From contig MU053472.1 in NCBI GenBank assembly GCA_013239625.1, forward strand, positions 2,001,236 to 2,065,235: a stretch of DNA of 64,000 nucleotides, read 5' to 3'. Position numbers and translations under genes: made by a program. The notes under the pieces are model-generated. The model ran no database searches. It was given only the letters and a program-made list of their open reading frames with translations, and was not told where the DNA came from. Source of the DNA: Lama guanicoe (Eukaryota). Of the stretch, positions 13,191-56,949 are shown piece by piece (the first letter of the stretch is position 1; each line of letters starts with the position of its first letter).

Positions 13191-13878
13191 GCCTCTTTCT
13201 GTTTCCTTTCTCCCCGATAACACTAGCCCATGATCCTTTTCTTCCGTACACTGTTGCTTGTCCCTTAAAATACGATGTATTCCCCTGGCCTTTACCATCT
13301 CTCGTGGACCAGGCCTCTTACCTACACCCTCTTGCTATAACATCTTGCTGGAGTGTTTTGTTTTCCTTCTGCTTTTCCTTCTGATACCCACTGTGGCCCT
13401 GAGATCAGCTTACCTGCCCTGACCCCTAAACACAGGACGTACAAACCTTGACTGAGCGCCTTTCTGGAGGCAGCCCCCTGCTCTCGTGAAGCAGGAAAGG
13501 AAAGATCATTTCCTTCCCTTCCCCAGGCTCTGAGACATCCCTGTCCACAGACAAAGCTGCCGCCCCAGCCCTGAGCGCGCGGGGAGGAAGCGTGCGCACG
13601 TTTTACCATCAAATCCTCTCTTCTGGAAATTACTAAGCCTAGGCTTCCCAGGCAGACCTTTCAGAGAAGCAGGGGCGCTGCAGCTCTGGGAAGTCAACTC
13701 GGATCAGGGCAGCTCAGGAGGAGCGCTCAGACTCCTGGCAGGACCCTCGCTCAGTCTCTTCCCCCCTTTGAGACCGGACAGAGTGTTAGCTCCACTACAG
13801 AGACGGGAAAAGGAGATGGAGGCACTTGCTCGCATCTCTCAGTGGGCGGGTAGGGGAACCAAAAGCTAAGCTCTGAGC

Positions 13879-14030
13879 GGGGAGAGTAGAGCTCAGTGGT
13901 AGAGTGTGTGCCTCGCATGCACAAGGTCCTGGGTTCAATCCCCAGCACTGCCATTAAATAAATAGATGAATGAACCCAGTTACCTACGCCCCCCCAAAAA
14001 GATAAATAGATAAATTTTTTTAAAAAGCGA
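13879..14030 (+). mobile_element. tRNA-derived SINE (Vic-1-like, long tail form)
   Basis: A and B boxes; flanking direct repeat aaaagctaagct / aaaacctaagct. Confidence 0.85.
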
Positions 14031-15543
14031 AAAACCTAAGCTTATGTCACCAGTGCCTCCGTGTCCTTGAGGACTGGGCACCTCCGAGTTGTTGCCAGTG
14101 CTGGTTGAGTGTGGGCTCCGAGGCAAGACTAGATGCCCAGGCCCTGGGAGGGCTGCCCCTTAGAGCTCCCCACCCGCACTGCCCAGCGCCCGGCCCGCTG
14201 GGCCACCTCCTGACCCCACCTGATGGAGGGAGACGGTAGTATAAGGCAGCTTTCTGTTCCTGGGCCCTACCTGACAAGCTGATCCCCCGCAAGCCACTCT
14301 CAGGGTGGGCCTCTTCGTGGGGAGACGCATTTATAGACGCTGCCCATTCCCCCAGCACCGGGAGTCTACCCTACAATTAGGCAAGAGATAAATCAAAGCC
14401 AAACTTGGCTGATGACATTCAGGAGCCAGGACTGACCCTTGCCACACATAGAAATCCCAGCAGGCCAGCCGAGGGCCTTTTGTCTGGTCAGGAGAGCCCG
14501 GGATTATCTGGCCCTCTTTGCTGATGTATGGAGTCCCCGGCTGTCGGAGTGTTTACTAACGGTTATCACCTCGATGCTTTGGCCATTATCAGAGGCAGGG
14601 CCGCCTGCCGGGGCCGGGGCTCGCACCCTCTCTATTACCACCTGTCATTGGCAGAGAGTGTGCGCTGACGCTGCCCAGTCCTGACTGCCGAGGGAAGATA
14701 GTTTCTGACGGCTGATCAAAGAGGAGAAGCGAGGCCTGATAAAAGGAGTGTGTGTTGGTGTACTTTTAACTTCGGGAAACGTTGGCATTTGCATTTTTTT
14801 CCCCATCTTCCTGGTGCTGGCAGGAACCAAGGCCAATAAATGCAGTGGATTCAGTTACCTAATCGCTGGGGAAATGGTATGTGCTTAAAGCAACAGAGCA
14901 TGACAATAATCGCCTTCCAAGAGAGGGTGGATGAAACAAGCTTTCACAGAAGACTTGCTATATAATAAAGTAGAATAATTTAAATTTAGTCTTTGAAGCG
15001 ATCTTGCATGTAAAAATCTAATCTTGGCGTTCAGCGGAGCTCCATGTACTTTCTGGAGTTGGGGAGCAGCTCCAGATTGAGGAGAGATCTTCACTGAAGA
15101 TGCTGTCACCCACGTCTATTGCTGCCGTCCCCAGGATGGTGCCCCAGTGGTGCGCATGTCCTTGGGCCTCTGGGAGACTGTACGCAGCAGAGTAGAAACA
15201 GTTCTTGACTGAGCTGTTAGAAGATCTGAGTTCTTGAACCAAGTCTGCCACAAACTTGCTGTTGGATCTTGGGACGTAACTCTTTTGAACTTCAGATGTA
15301 AAATGAGATTTGGTATAGGTGAGACACAGTGTCTTAGAAGGCTTTTGTGTGTTAAGTGTATGTAACCCCTTTTTCATATGAATCTTTGGGTGAAGCCTTA
15401 CTGTATCAAGCAGAGAAAAAAAGAGGGGTTTAGGATGAACTTGGAAAAGAAGTTCCCTGCCCTTGACCTAGTTCCTGAAGCAGTCTCTGAAGACTTCAGA
15501 GAAACCCTGTAGTGCCTCTGAAAACAGCTGAATAAACCACTAG

Positions 15544-38403
<22,860 letters not shown>

Positions 38404-39038
38404 GTACCAGCAACCTGCTTCTGACTGGCCGGCCCACTCACCTGCTGGCGGGAAGGGGAGAAGCCCCCTCTGGTCCTACCCTTCAGTCTCCGCTCCTCGT
38501 TTACCGCCCACCTTCCCCAAGCCTAGTGACAACAGCACCCACCCTCCCTGGATTGAGAAGAGACCTTTCTCCGAAGCACCTCGGCGCAATCTGACCTCTG
38601 CCCCCTCCCCATCAGCAGGGCTGTGGCTGAGAGAGACTCCGCAGAAGCTCCGTCCCCTCCTCCATTGGCACACCATATCCTGCATTGGATCCGCTTTTGT
38701 ATTTTCTAACCAAACCCTTGGGGGGGCCTGGGTGGGGAGAGGGTGGATGGCCTGGCGGGCACCTTGGTCCTGAGTGGACAGCCCCAGTCCACTCCTGGCT
38801 TTGACACATGCCGCCCAGCTTCCCTTGGCCAACCTCCCCTCTGGCACGGGGTGAACTGAGGCCCAGAGTGTTAGGGAAGAAGGAAGGAGGGAGAAGCCCC
38901 CTTCCTCTTTTCTTTCCCCTTTGGCTCATGGAAAGGATTTGTCTTTCTTGTCTGTAAGCCCTTTTACCCTGGCCCTGTACCGTTCAGTGGAGGAAACCGT
39001 GGTTACCAAGGCCCTGTCAAAAAGTGCACGTCTTGTCC

Positions 39039-39044
39039 AATAAA
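39039..39044 (+). terminator. BCAS3 polyadenylation signal AATAAA
   Basis: First AATAAA I see after the stop, about 640 nt downstream, followed by GT-containing sequence. Confidence 0.75.
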
Positions 39045-41566
39045 TCACGCTGCAATTGGTGTCCATCCCTGAGTTGCTGGGGTCGGGTCCTCTCCAAGCA
39101 CTGAGCAGAGAGTCCTGTGGGCCTGACCGTGTGTCCCTGCTTGTGACACCCCCACCTTGACGTGTGCAGCTGAGGGGGAGTCAGGAAGGGGGTCGGAAGG
39201 AGGAACTCTGGAATTGGGGTGAGGCTTGACTGAAATCCATTCTCCAACCCTCTTGCCTATTACCAGAACCACTGAGTTCTGGGGGCTCCTCAGGCCTGGA
39301 CCTACCCTGGCTGTGGCAGTCAGGGTCCGTCAGGTCCTCCGCATGTGCCTGTGGCAGCTGTGGGAAGGAGAGGCTGATGAAGACTCCGGCCTTAACTTTG
39401 GGACGGGCACCTTGTCATTCCCTCTCTTTTCAAACTCAGAAAGTGAAAGATGGTCAGGTGATGGTGGGTCTCCCATGAAACCTGGCTGGAACCTTGGATG
39501 ACAAGTTCCTGATGTGGTTGCCCTCCCACCTCCCAATCCTGGACCTAAGGTGCACGGCAGGAAGGAGACGGGAGCAGTGGGAGCGAAAACGGGTATTGAG
39601 CCTGAAGGAGCCGAAGGCTAGCGCCAGTCCCGCCTTCCCTGAGGCCCCAGAGGGGCCTGGGAGGACTGAAGGAAACCCACTGAGCCAGGTATGGTTGGGG
39701 ATGAAGTTTAATGTAACAGCCGCAGAAGAGCTGAGTTCACAAACAAGCAGGCTCCCCATCCAACCGTCCAGCTGGAGCTGGGGCAGCTCTGGGGCCCCTG
39801 CCCGCTTCCCACACACCCCATCCCACCCTGGCACCTAAAGAGAGAGTTCATCTTCATCTTCAGTGCCTTCAACCCCAGCATTTTGGCATGCCAGGAGAAG
39901 GGGGACCTGAATCCTACTCAGCTCTGAAGCCTGAGTAGATGGCCCTGCACAGAGTGGCTGAAGCCAGTCTCTCCTGCCTGGGAACCTGCGGGGTGAGAGA
40001 TCACATGCCAGAGTGAGGCATGCTGGGAACGGAAGGAGGTCTGGGCACAGCCAGTGGGGGCCACTGGACGAACAGCAGCTTTTCCCATTTCAGGTGAATT
40101 GGAGACACTGATGTGCCTGGCACAGCCCTCACCCCTAGCCAGAGCAGTGTTTCAGTCAAAAGGGGACAGGCAGGGAGGGGAATGCCATCAGGCTGTCAGT
40201 GCACACTGCCTGTGGCCTGGCTCCTTGGGGATGGGTCCAGAGCTCAAGAGAGGGTACACCTCTCTGACCCCACCCTTGGGCACAAGGATGGGGCAAAGAT
40301 GGAGAGCCAGGAGCGCCCTCCAGCCATGCAGGAAACTGGCTGGCAACTTAGAGTCTGGAGTCCTCCCTGGCTCAGCCCTTTCCCTCCAGGGGGTGCAAAA
40401 CAGCTGTGGCCGCCTTTAGTCAGGGAAAGTGGTGGGTGTAGGGCTGGACTTGCCGGCTGAGCTTGCAGGACAATCTGGTTATTCATCTGCTCGCAGCCAG
40501 GGCAACTCTTTGAGTATGTGGGGGAAGGGGGAGGATAAGAGAGGCCAGATAAGCTGGCCCCATGGCGGCTGCCACTGGAGCTGGGGTTATCAGAGAGGCC
40601 TTGGGCCTGGCCCCCGGCTAATTGGAGAGGTTATGGACCCTGCCACCGCCTGTAATCAGCTGAAGTGAGAGCTGGGCCCCAGGGTGGGGGACCTTACTGC
40701 CCCCTGGCCCAGGAGCAGCCAGCCTCTTGTCCTCTAGAGATAACACCCCGGGCAACCTCTGCCTCACCCCCAGCGGCCCCTGCAGACCTCCACGATGGCA
40801 TCACCTAGGAGGCCATCAGGACATGCATCTAATTGTGGCCTGACCAGGTGACCTTGAGGAAGCCTGATTCTCAGTGCTACCTGCTCAGCAGGCAAATTTC
40901 CATGGACTTTCAATTTGATGGAGGAAAAAGTATCTTCATGCTTTGCGAGGAGGCTGATGGGAGCTGGGGTGGCAGCTCCAGGGGGGAGGGCACTGTCTGG
41001 GCTTGACTGGAGAAATGGCCCAGTGGTCCCAAAGTAAATTCAGGCACACAGCACTCTGTCAGACATTAGGGTCGACTCCTCTGGAAGCAAGCAGAGGCCA
41101 GAGCAGACAGCTGTCAGTCTAAGATTGTAAATGATTTCTCACTGCTGATTTTTCTAATTTTCCCAGATCAGAGAATCTTTAAACAGTGCTCTAAAATAGC
41201 ACTGTTCAGTCCTCATTTTGCAGATGAGAAGCCTGAACTCTAGTGAAGCCTTGCCCAAGGTTAAGAAGTCACACAGCTAATCTGCTGGCCTTGCTGCCTC
41301 ACATGCCTGGGCCAGTTCCCCGAGAGGTCTCTATTCTGTGGTGACCTCCCTGTCCTGGGCCCCTACACAATCCAAGACTCTGAGCCCACTCACTCCCATT
41401 CCCTACCCCTAAGAGCATCCAGCCCTGGCCCCTAACAGGTTTTGAAGCTGTTCCTTTGTCGCTGTGTAACTAGGAAGGCAGCCCCCTTTCGCAGACCTAG
41501 AGCTGGAAATTCTAAGGGCAAAAGAGAAGGGCGTCTTGTATTCAACGCAAGAGCCCAGCTTGGAAT

Positions 41567-41730
41567 GGGCTGGAGTCTCGGTATTGCTTTGCCACAGGAG
41601 CAAGTGTAGCTGGCAGGACAGCAATGACATCACCAGCTACGAAGAAGCGGGCTGGAGTCTCGGTATTGCTTTGCCACAGGAGCAAGTGTAGCTGGCAGGA
41701 CAGCAATGACATCACAAGCTTTGAAGGAGC
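41567..41730. repeat. 82-bp tandem duplication, 2 copies
   Basis: 41567-41633 identical to 41649-41715; four mismatches in the last 15 bp of the unit. Confidence 0.93.
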
Positions 41731-42449
41731 GGCCTTGCTCTCTTTTAAGGTCCCTGGGTCCCATCCCAACTTTGCTACTGGTAGCTGTGTGGCCTCGGGT
41801 AAATTACAGCACCTCTGGGCTCATCTGTAAAGTGGGGGAGGGGAGCACACTCAGCAGAGAAGAGCAACAGGGCCGAAGCAGGCGAAGAGGAAGCTGCAAG
41901 TCAAAAAAGCAACAGGTTGGTTGGAGGCCTGGAGGCTGACAGGACAGGCCAAATAGCTCTTTAGTGGCGGCAGGGTGGAGGGGTAGGGAAAGGGAGGGCA
42001 GGTGCGGTGATGCTGGAACGGGACTGTCTCGAACTGCTCCCCCCCCCCAAAGCTGCTCCAGAGAATCCTGGTGGTGCTCCCTGAGAAAGGGAATCAAGAG
42101 CCTGGTGAGCGCGCAGGCCAGCCCCGCCCCTCTCTCGCAGGTGGGCTGGTCCTAGGGGGTCCTCTCTATGCTTTGCCCCGTTTCTCAAGCCACATAGCAG
42201 CGTGGTCTGTTCACTCTGCCACGATCCCAGTCACCCACACCCATGATCTCACACTCCTGCAGGTCCACTCACTGGCAGATTCACAGACGTGCCCCTCACT
42301 TTTGCCGACTCCTGCGGCCCAAGCGGACTGCTGCGACCCGCGAACCTCGACCCCCCGAGCATAGAACAGTCTGGAGCTCCATATAGTTATGAGATCCCCC
42401 AAACTCTGGGAGAAATCATCCAAAGTCCAGCAGGGACGCGTCTTGGGCT

Positions 42450-43810
42450 GTCGGGCCCTGTGACCTTCAGGTGCACAGCGACGACCCTCTAGGGCCAGGG
42501 CTGTCCCGCGCCAGAGCAGCCAGGCTGGGCCTCGCTTTCGCGACAGCCTGGAAGCCTGGGGACTGGACCGCATGGGCCCTACTGCCCAGGCACTTCCCGG
42601 GACCTAACCGGAAGACGTGGCCCCGCCGCGCAAGGCCAGGGCCACGACGCAGCCGGGAAGAGGTCGAGCCTCCCGCTCTCCCCGCGCCCCCCGCCCCATC
42701 CCAGCCACTTGGCCCGACCCTGCGCGGGGTAATTGGGTCGGGAGGGAGGCGACGGGCGGGCGGCGACTCCAGAGAGACTGCGCGCCTGTCAGCCGCAATT
42801 TGTCTAAGTGGACGGGACAGGCCGGGCCGCTGCGGGCCAGGGTCATCGAGGCCGCGGCCCCCACCCCAGCCAGACCCGGGACCGCGGGGGAGCTGGGCCT
42901 GGCCACTAAACGGGGCTGGCTGGCGCCAAGGCTCCGGGAGGCGCGGGTCCGGCCGGGAAGCCAGGGATGGGAAGCGACTCTGTCCTTCCCTCCCCTCCTT
43001 CCTACACATACAACGCTCAAAGACCAGGAGGATGCGCCCAGTGGCACCTTCACTACTGGTCATACTCACAGGGCCACACACGTCACCCAAGCTTGGCCCG
43101 GACACACTCGTAAACAACGGCGCACTTAGTACTAGTCTCACGTCAGCGCCCCGCTGCCCAGACGCACATCCCCTCTGCCACACGACTATACACCCCAAGC
43201 CATCATTCCAAGCAAGAACACACAGATCCACGCCCAAGACACCGGTGGGGACCAACCCCGCAAAGTTCCCAGAATTGACCCTTGACCCTGCAAAAGGTTA
43301 CGCGGCCAAGGACGGTCAGGCAGCCCAGCCAGGCTCCGGACCACGTTTCCACCCAGCCCAGGCCGCCCCTGCCCGATTTCCGGGTTGCGGGAAGCACAGA
43401 GCTTACTGAGCGCGTGCAACGGGCCGGAGGCCCGAGGCCCGCGCCTGCCCGACGCCCAGGCCCTGGACGGCCCGGGAGAGGGAGGGGCGGCTGAGCGCGC
43501 GTCCCCCGCCCGTCTGCGGGGCCCGGCCGATGCGAAGTGACAGGGGCCGGAGCTTTGTTGTGGAGCCTCGGCCGCCTGGCGCCAGCCGCCCCCGCCCGTG
43601 CCCTCCCCCTCCAGCCCCAGGCGGCTCGCAAGGCGCCCCCCGGGGCCTCTTAAAGAGACACGCACTCTCAGCCCGGGGGACCCCCCGGAGGCGCCTGTTC
43701 CCGGGAAGGGGAAGAGGGGTAGACCTGGGGGGAGGGGCTGAGCGGGAGTTGGGCGCTGCACGGCGCCGCTCCGGGGCCGCCTGGGTCTCCCCTTAGCGGG
43801 TTTTCGTTGA
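42450..43810. promoter_or_regulatory. Upstream CpG island / candidate TBX2 enhancer
   Basis: CpG-dense; GGCGCC motifs at 42922, 43578, 43632, 43690, 43762. Confidence 0.7.
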
Positions 43811-44984
43811 GCCAAGAATATTCCTCACTGGAGAGTCTGGCTGGAGGAGGTGGGGGGAAGGAGGATGGACATTCAGAATCTTAAGAGTGGCTGTAGCGGA
43901 ACCACGGGTTGGTTGCGGGAAGGCCGGGAAGGACAGAAGATAGGGTCACGGTCGGGAAAGAGCCTGTGGCCTCCGGAGGGCAGGTCGGTGGCCCAGTAGC
44001 TGGCCAGGTGGGATCGTGGTCCCCAGATGCAGCCGCTGCACCATCGCCTTAGGGTTTCTTGGACAAACAACCCGGGCCAATGTGCTTCAGACTCTCTGGG
44101 CTTTGGACCAGCTACAGTCCTTCCCCAGGAAAATGTCCAAATTACACACATTTAGGTGTACTACACGCCATTCTTTCAAGTGCGAAAGTACGTGTACACA
44201 CACGACTTAGCAAATGCATGCAAAGATTCCCAGGCCTGTGCACGGATTCCTGGCCACAGAACGCTGCCCTGGCTATTGTCTCTGGTCACCGCACCGACTG
44301 CGCAAACCTGTCTACACACATCCCTCCCCAGGGGCAACGTCCCACCTAAGATGGAGTCGGCAGGACTTTGCCTGTGCAAAGCTGCGACGGATCCTGCCCC
44401 AGCTGCGTAGACTGCGCAGCGGGGAGTCGAAGATTCGTTCTGGACAGAGAGGAGGCACTAAGAGAGGAGCGACCCAGTCAAGAGCAAGGTCTTGAAGAAA
44501 AACTCTTTGCGGGCGGCGCCCTGCAGCGCGCTGGGTAGGGGTGTTGCGAGATCTCTAGGGTCTCCTCGGAAAAGCAGAAAAAAGGTCCAGGAGGCCAAAC
44601 CATTTCGGCCGGCTCCCAATCCGCACTGCCTGGAATGATCAGGCTTTACACGCCAGCTCTGAGCATGCAGCAACAAGATTCCCTGTGACTGGTGTGAGCG
44701 GCGAATGGGTCACTGTTGGATGTGGGCTGTATACGCCCACCACGCCAGCATAGGGCCCGCGCAGGCTGAACTCGCCCGCTCTTGTATTATTAGTTGTGCG
44801 GGCCAGAATGTCACCCGTGCCTAGTGCGTGATCCGTCATGCCTTCAGAACGCGACCGCCAGGAATCAGTCCGAGTGTCAGCGCCCGACCCTGATTCAAGG
44901 CAGGTGTGTGGCCGCTTCACTGGGCTCACGCCTTAAGTTGCGGCTCCCGCTGCGCGCAGAGGGCATCACCACATTGGGCGCGAA

Positions 44985-44985
<1 letters not shown>

Positions 44986-45023
<38 letters not shown>
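44986..45023. repeat. (AC)n microsatellite inside the TBX2 CpG island
   Basis: Direct reading. Confidence 0.95.
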
Positions 45024-45026
<3 letters not shown>

Positions 45027-45590
45027 CAAGGGGTAGGGGGGCAATACTGGTGCTGCAGGAGAACGAAGACCGATTGCGGGGCGAAGATGGGGGTTCAACC
45101 GCAAGTGCGTGCAGACACTTAGACCCCCACACTCGTTACTGGGCACTACTGAACTTGGGAGACGTGAGCTTTCGACAGCTGGAAACAAATTCTAGGAAAG
45201 TGGCAGAGAGCGGAGAGAGGATGCCGGTGTTTAGAATGAGGGATATTTATGTCCTCTGGTACCGGATGCGGCGAAAATTCGTTGGGCCGCGGGTCAAGAA
45301 TCTGGGGGCTGGATCCGCCAGTGCCGTGCCTCCCTGTGTTCGGCGGAAGGTGCGGTCACCTTTCCAGCCCCGAGGTCCGGCTCTCGGGGCTGTGGGAGAG
45401 CTCAGCGTAGGCTGGGGACGCAGACGGGTGCTGGGCTGTGTCCAGGGCTTTCCCGGAACTCCAGGTTCCTCCGGAGTCTTCCTGTGAGGGGAGGCGCGGG
45501 CTAGGGGGTCCCCGCGTTTCCCGAGTGAAAGGCCGCGTCCCGCTCCCGCCCACGCCGACCCCACCAGGGCTCTGCCACCGCTCCACTCAC

Positions 45591-45899
45591 CGGCTCCCGC
45601 CACCTGGGTTCCTCTCCGGGACCTGACTCGCCCGCCCACTGGCCTCTCTTTCCAGCACCCGCAGCCTCCCTCCGGAGCGCAGGGGCCCGGGCGGCGCCTC
45701 GGCCCGGAGCGGGGTCGGAGGCCAAGCTGGGGCGCCGGCCAGAGCTGCCGGGCCGCTGGGCGCGGGAGAAGGAGGGCGCCCCCTCTCCTCTCGGGGCCGT
45801 GTCAATGCTTTGCACTTGGGGCGGCTTGCGGCTGGGGGTCCTTCCCCAGGGCTCTGGGACCCGGGTGCCCCCGCCTCAGGCCCTTTCGGCGGGTCGGGT

Positions 45900-45900
<1 letters not shown>
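45591..45900 (-). ncRNA. Candidate first exon of a divergent lncRNA (TBX2-AS1-like); 5' end approximate
   Basis: Strong minus-strand donor CCG|GTGAGT at 45591/45590, a few hundred nt upstream of the TBX2 promoter; human has a head-to-head TBX2-AS1. Confidence 0.35.
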
Positions 45901-54621
<8,721 letters not shown>

Positions 54622-55399
54622 GGGGGCTGCCCAGCTGCTCCGCCACCACGCAGGCCTCCCGGGCTGCCTGCCCCTGCTGCTTGGGACGTGTACAGCACAG
54701 AATGGGTATTTATTTAAATAAAGGAGTAAAAGAGGGCTGCAGCAGCCGGAATGAAGCCCCCACCAGCCAGCCGGGGCCTGGGACACTTCCCTGGGCCTCA
54801 CAAGGAATCGGGCTGCCGGGAACACAGTCGCTTTGGAGCCAGTCCAGGTCTGCTCCAGTGTCAAGGTGTCATCGGCAGGGGCCTCTCCGAGTCCTCCAGC
54901 GCTGTGAGGAGGCCTCGTCCTTTGCCCAGCCAGGGGCTGGCTCTTTGGGAGCCAGAAGATGCAGGGGTCAGGGGTAGGAGCTTCGGAGGAAGCCCCGGAG
55001 CCCCTAGTCATGGGCCTGGACCACTTGAGAATCTGGGATGAGGGATGCTGGGGTCAGTGAAGACTGAAGTCAGTGTAGACTCGAGCTGGGAGGGACCCGG
55101 TCGTTTAGTCCTCCCACCTCTTCTCCCAGACAGGCGCCCCTCCAACCCCTGGGTCAGCGGAGGGAATGGCACTTCTGCCCTGAGTCCCCAGGGAAAAAAG
55201 ATATTTATGAAATAAATGGTAATTTGTGTAAATAAGCTTTAAGGTTCCCAGAATATGCAAATTGGTATTAATTTATTCAAAGGTGTACATTGCTGTGTAC
55301 ATAATATTTAGAGATTAACTCATAGCATTTAATTTTTTTCATTTTACATGAGCATCTATATTGTACAGGGCTGAGGGGGGTGTCCTTGGCTGCGGGAGA

Positions 55400-55900
55400 G
55401 GGCCCGTCCCCCGGAGGAGCTCCCACCCCACCAGCCCCTCGCCCCTCCGCCCGGGCTTTGCTCGCCCGGCCCGCGGGCTCCACCTCAGGTTTTCACTTTT
55501 CGCTCCGGAGAGAGACGAAACGACAAAAACGCGAGAAAACAATAAAACGCTGCAATGCGAAGTGAACGGCGCTGTGCGCTCTGTGGGCCGTGCGGGGCAG
55601 GGGCGCAGCAAGCGCGTCAGGAGGGACTGGAGGCGGGAACCAAAGGTTGGGCGCCCCGGGCTCGGCGGCAGCTGCTCCCCGGGGGCGACTGCACGGCCGG
55701 GGCAGCAGGCGGAGCTGGGGGGCCGGGCGGCGCCGGTGCGGGCCGCGGGCTGGGCCGGGAGGCGCCGAGCCGCCGCGAGCCCCGCGCGCTCCCAGTGCGG
55801 GCCGCGTCCCAGGCCGGGGGCCGGGCTCCCTCTGCTGGCCGCTTGCTTCCGTCCGCCGCTCCCGCCCTCGGGCCACCACAGAGGAAACGCAACCCGCCTT
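55400..55900. promoter_or_regulatory. CpG island at TBX2 3' end
   Basis: CpG-dense block. Confidence 0.7.
55541..55546 (+). terminator. Likely distal TBX2 polyadenylation signal AATAAA (other AATAAA at 54717 and 55211)
   Basis: AATAAA followed by GT-containing sequence about 920 nt after the stop. Confidence 0.65.
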
Positions 55901-56949
55901 CAGAGCCTCTGGGTAGGTGGGACTGGTAAGATGGGTGCTCCCTGCTCCCTCTCTCTCTTCCGAGGAGCAGCTTGGCCTCGGTCTCCCAAATACTGCGGAT
56001 CCTAGAATCTTTTTCCATCTCTCTGTCTCCCGAACCACAAAAAAAATACTCTCTCCGTATCAGGGTTGTTGACTAGCGCGGCAAAGTCTAGCCTGAAAGT
56101 TCTCCCGTGGAACTCATCTCTCTTGAGGGTGTGGGGAGTGGGGCTCAATAGGCTCTTTCCTTTCCTGTCTCACGTTCCCTCTGTATAATTAGGGGTTCGA
56201 CTGGGGGTGTCTCAGGAAATCCAACTATGTCAGTATCCATTAGGCCGGTCCTGCCCCGTGGCCCACGTCTGCAAGAACAGCTGCTTCCCATCCCCATCCC
56301 ATGAGCAAGCGACGGCGGCATCGTCTCGCCTCTTCACCCCGCCAACTGGTGTCTCAGCCCCAAATCGTAGCAGTGGGAAGGGGTGGGAGATAGGCTGTCC
56401 TTCAAACCACTCAGAGTTCATCACTGAGCCCCCTCCTCCCTTCCCAGTTCACTCCTCTTTAAGCTTTGGGGATACAGGACGCCCTGGACTAGCAGGCTGG
56501 CCAATTTGGTCACTTTGTGGGGCGGGAGCTCTGGCTTCCAATTCACCAGGGACACCAGGGATGGTGAGATGGAGGAAGGGTGAAGGTGGAGGTGGAACTC
56601 GCCTCCAAGCACCCAGGACACGTGCGTGGGCAGACACATTTGCAAGGAAGAGAATCATGTCCGCCTCTTCCAGGAAGGGAGCTGGCTACAGGCCATGCTG
56701 AATTCGGCGAGAGGCTCGGCCAGTGAAAGAGTGGGAGGGCGCAGAAGGCTGCCCCAGCTCTTGGAGTTCCAGCCTCCCTGCCTCTGATCTTGGGGCGGGC
56801 AGGACAGTGATGGGGACAGTTCAGGAAGGGGGCAGGGCAGAGGGGCCCCTTTCTCAGCTCAAATAGAATCCTTCGTAGACAGTGTGTTAATTCGAGGCCT
56901 CTTCGGGCTGAAAACTGCCTAGAAAATTCAAAGAGCAGGGGAGCCTCTG

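Noticed and set aside
41567..41730. CRISPR-like repeat-spacer reading of the duplications (also 60270-60413)
   Set aside because: Only two copies, no unique spacers, eukaryotic context
42467..43815. Long overlapping ORFs (312, 262, 209 aa) upstream of TBX2
   Set aside because: Pro/Arg/Gly-rich, open on both strands, mostly non-ATG starts; expected from stop-codon scarcity in a CpG island
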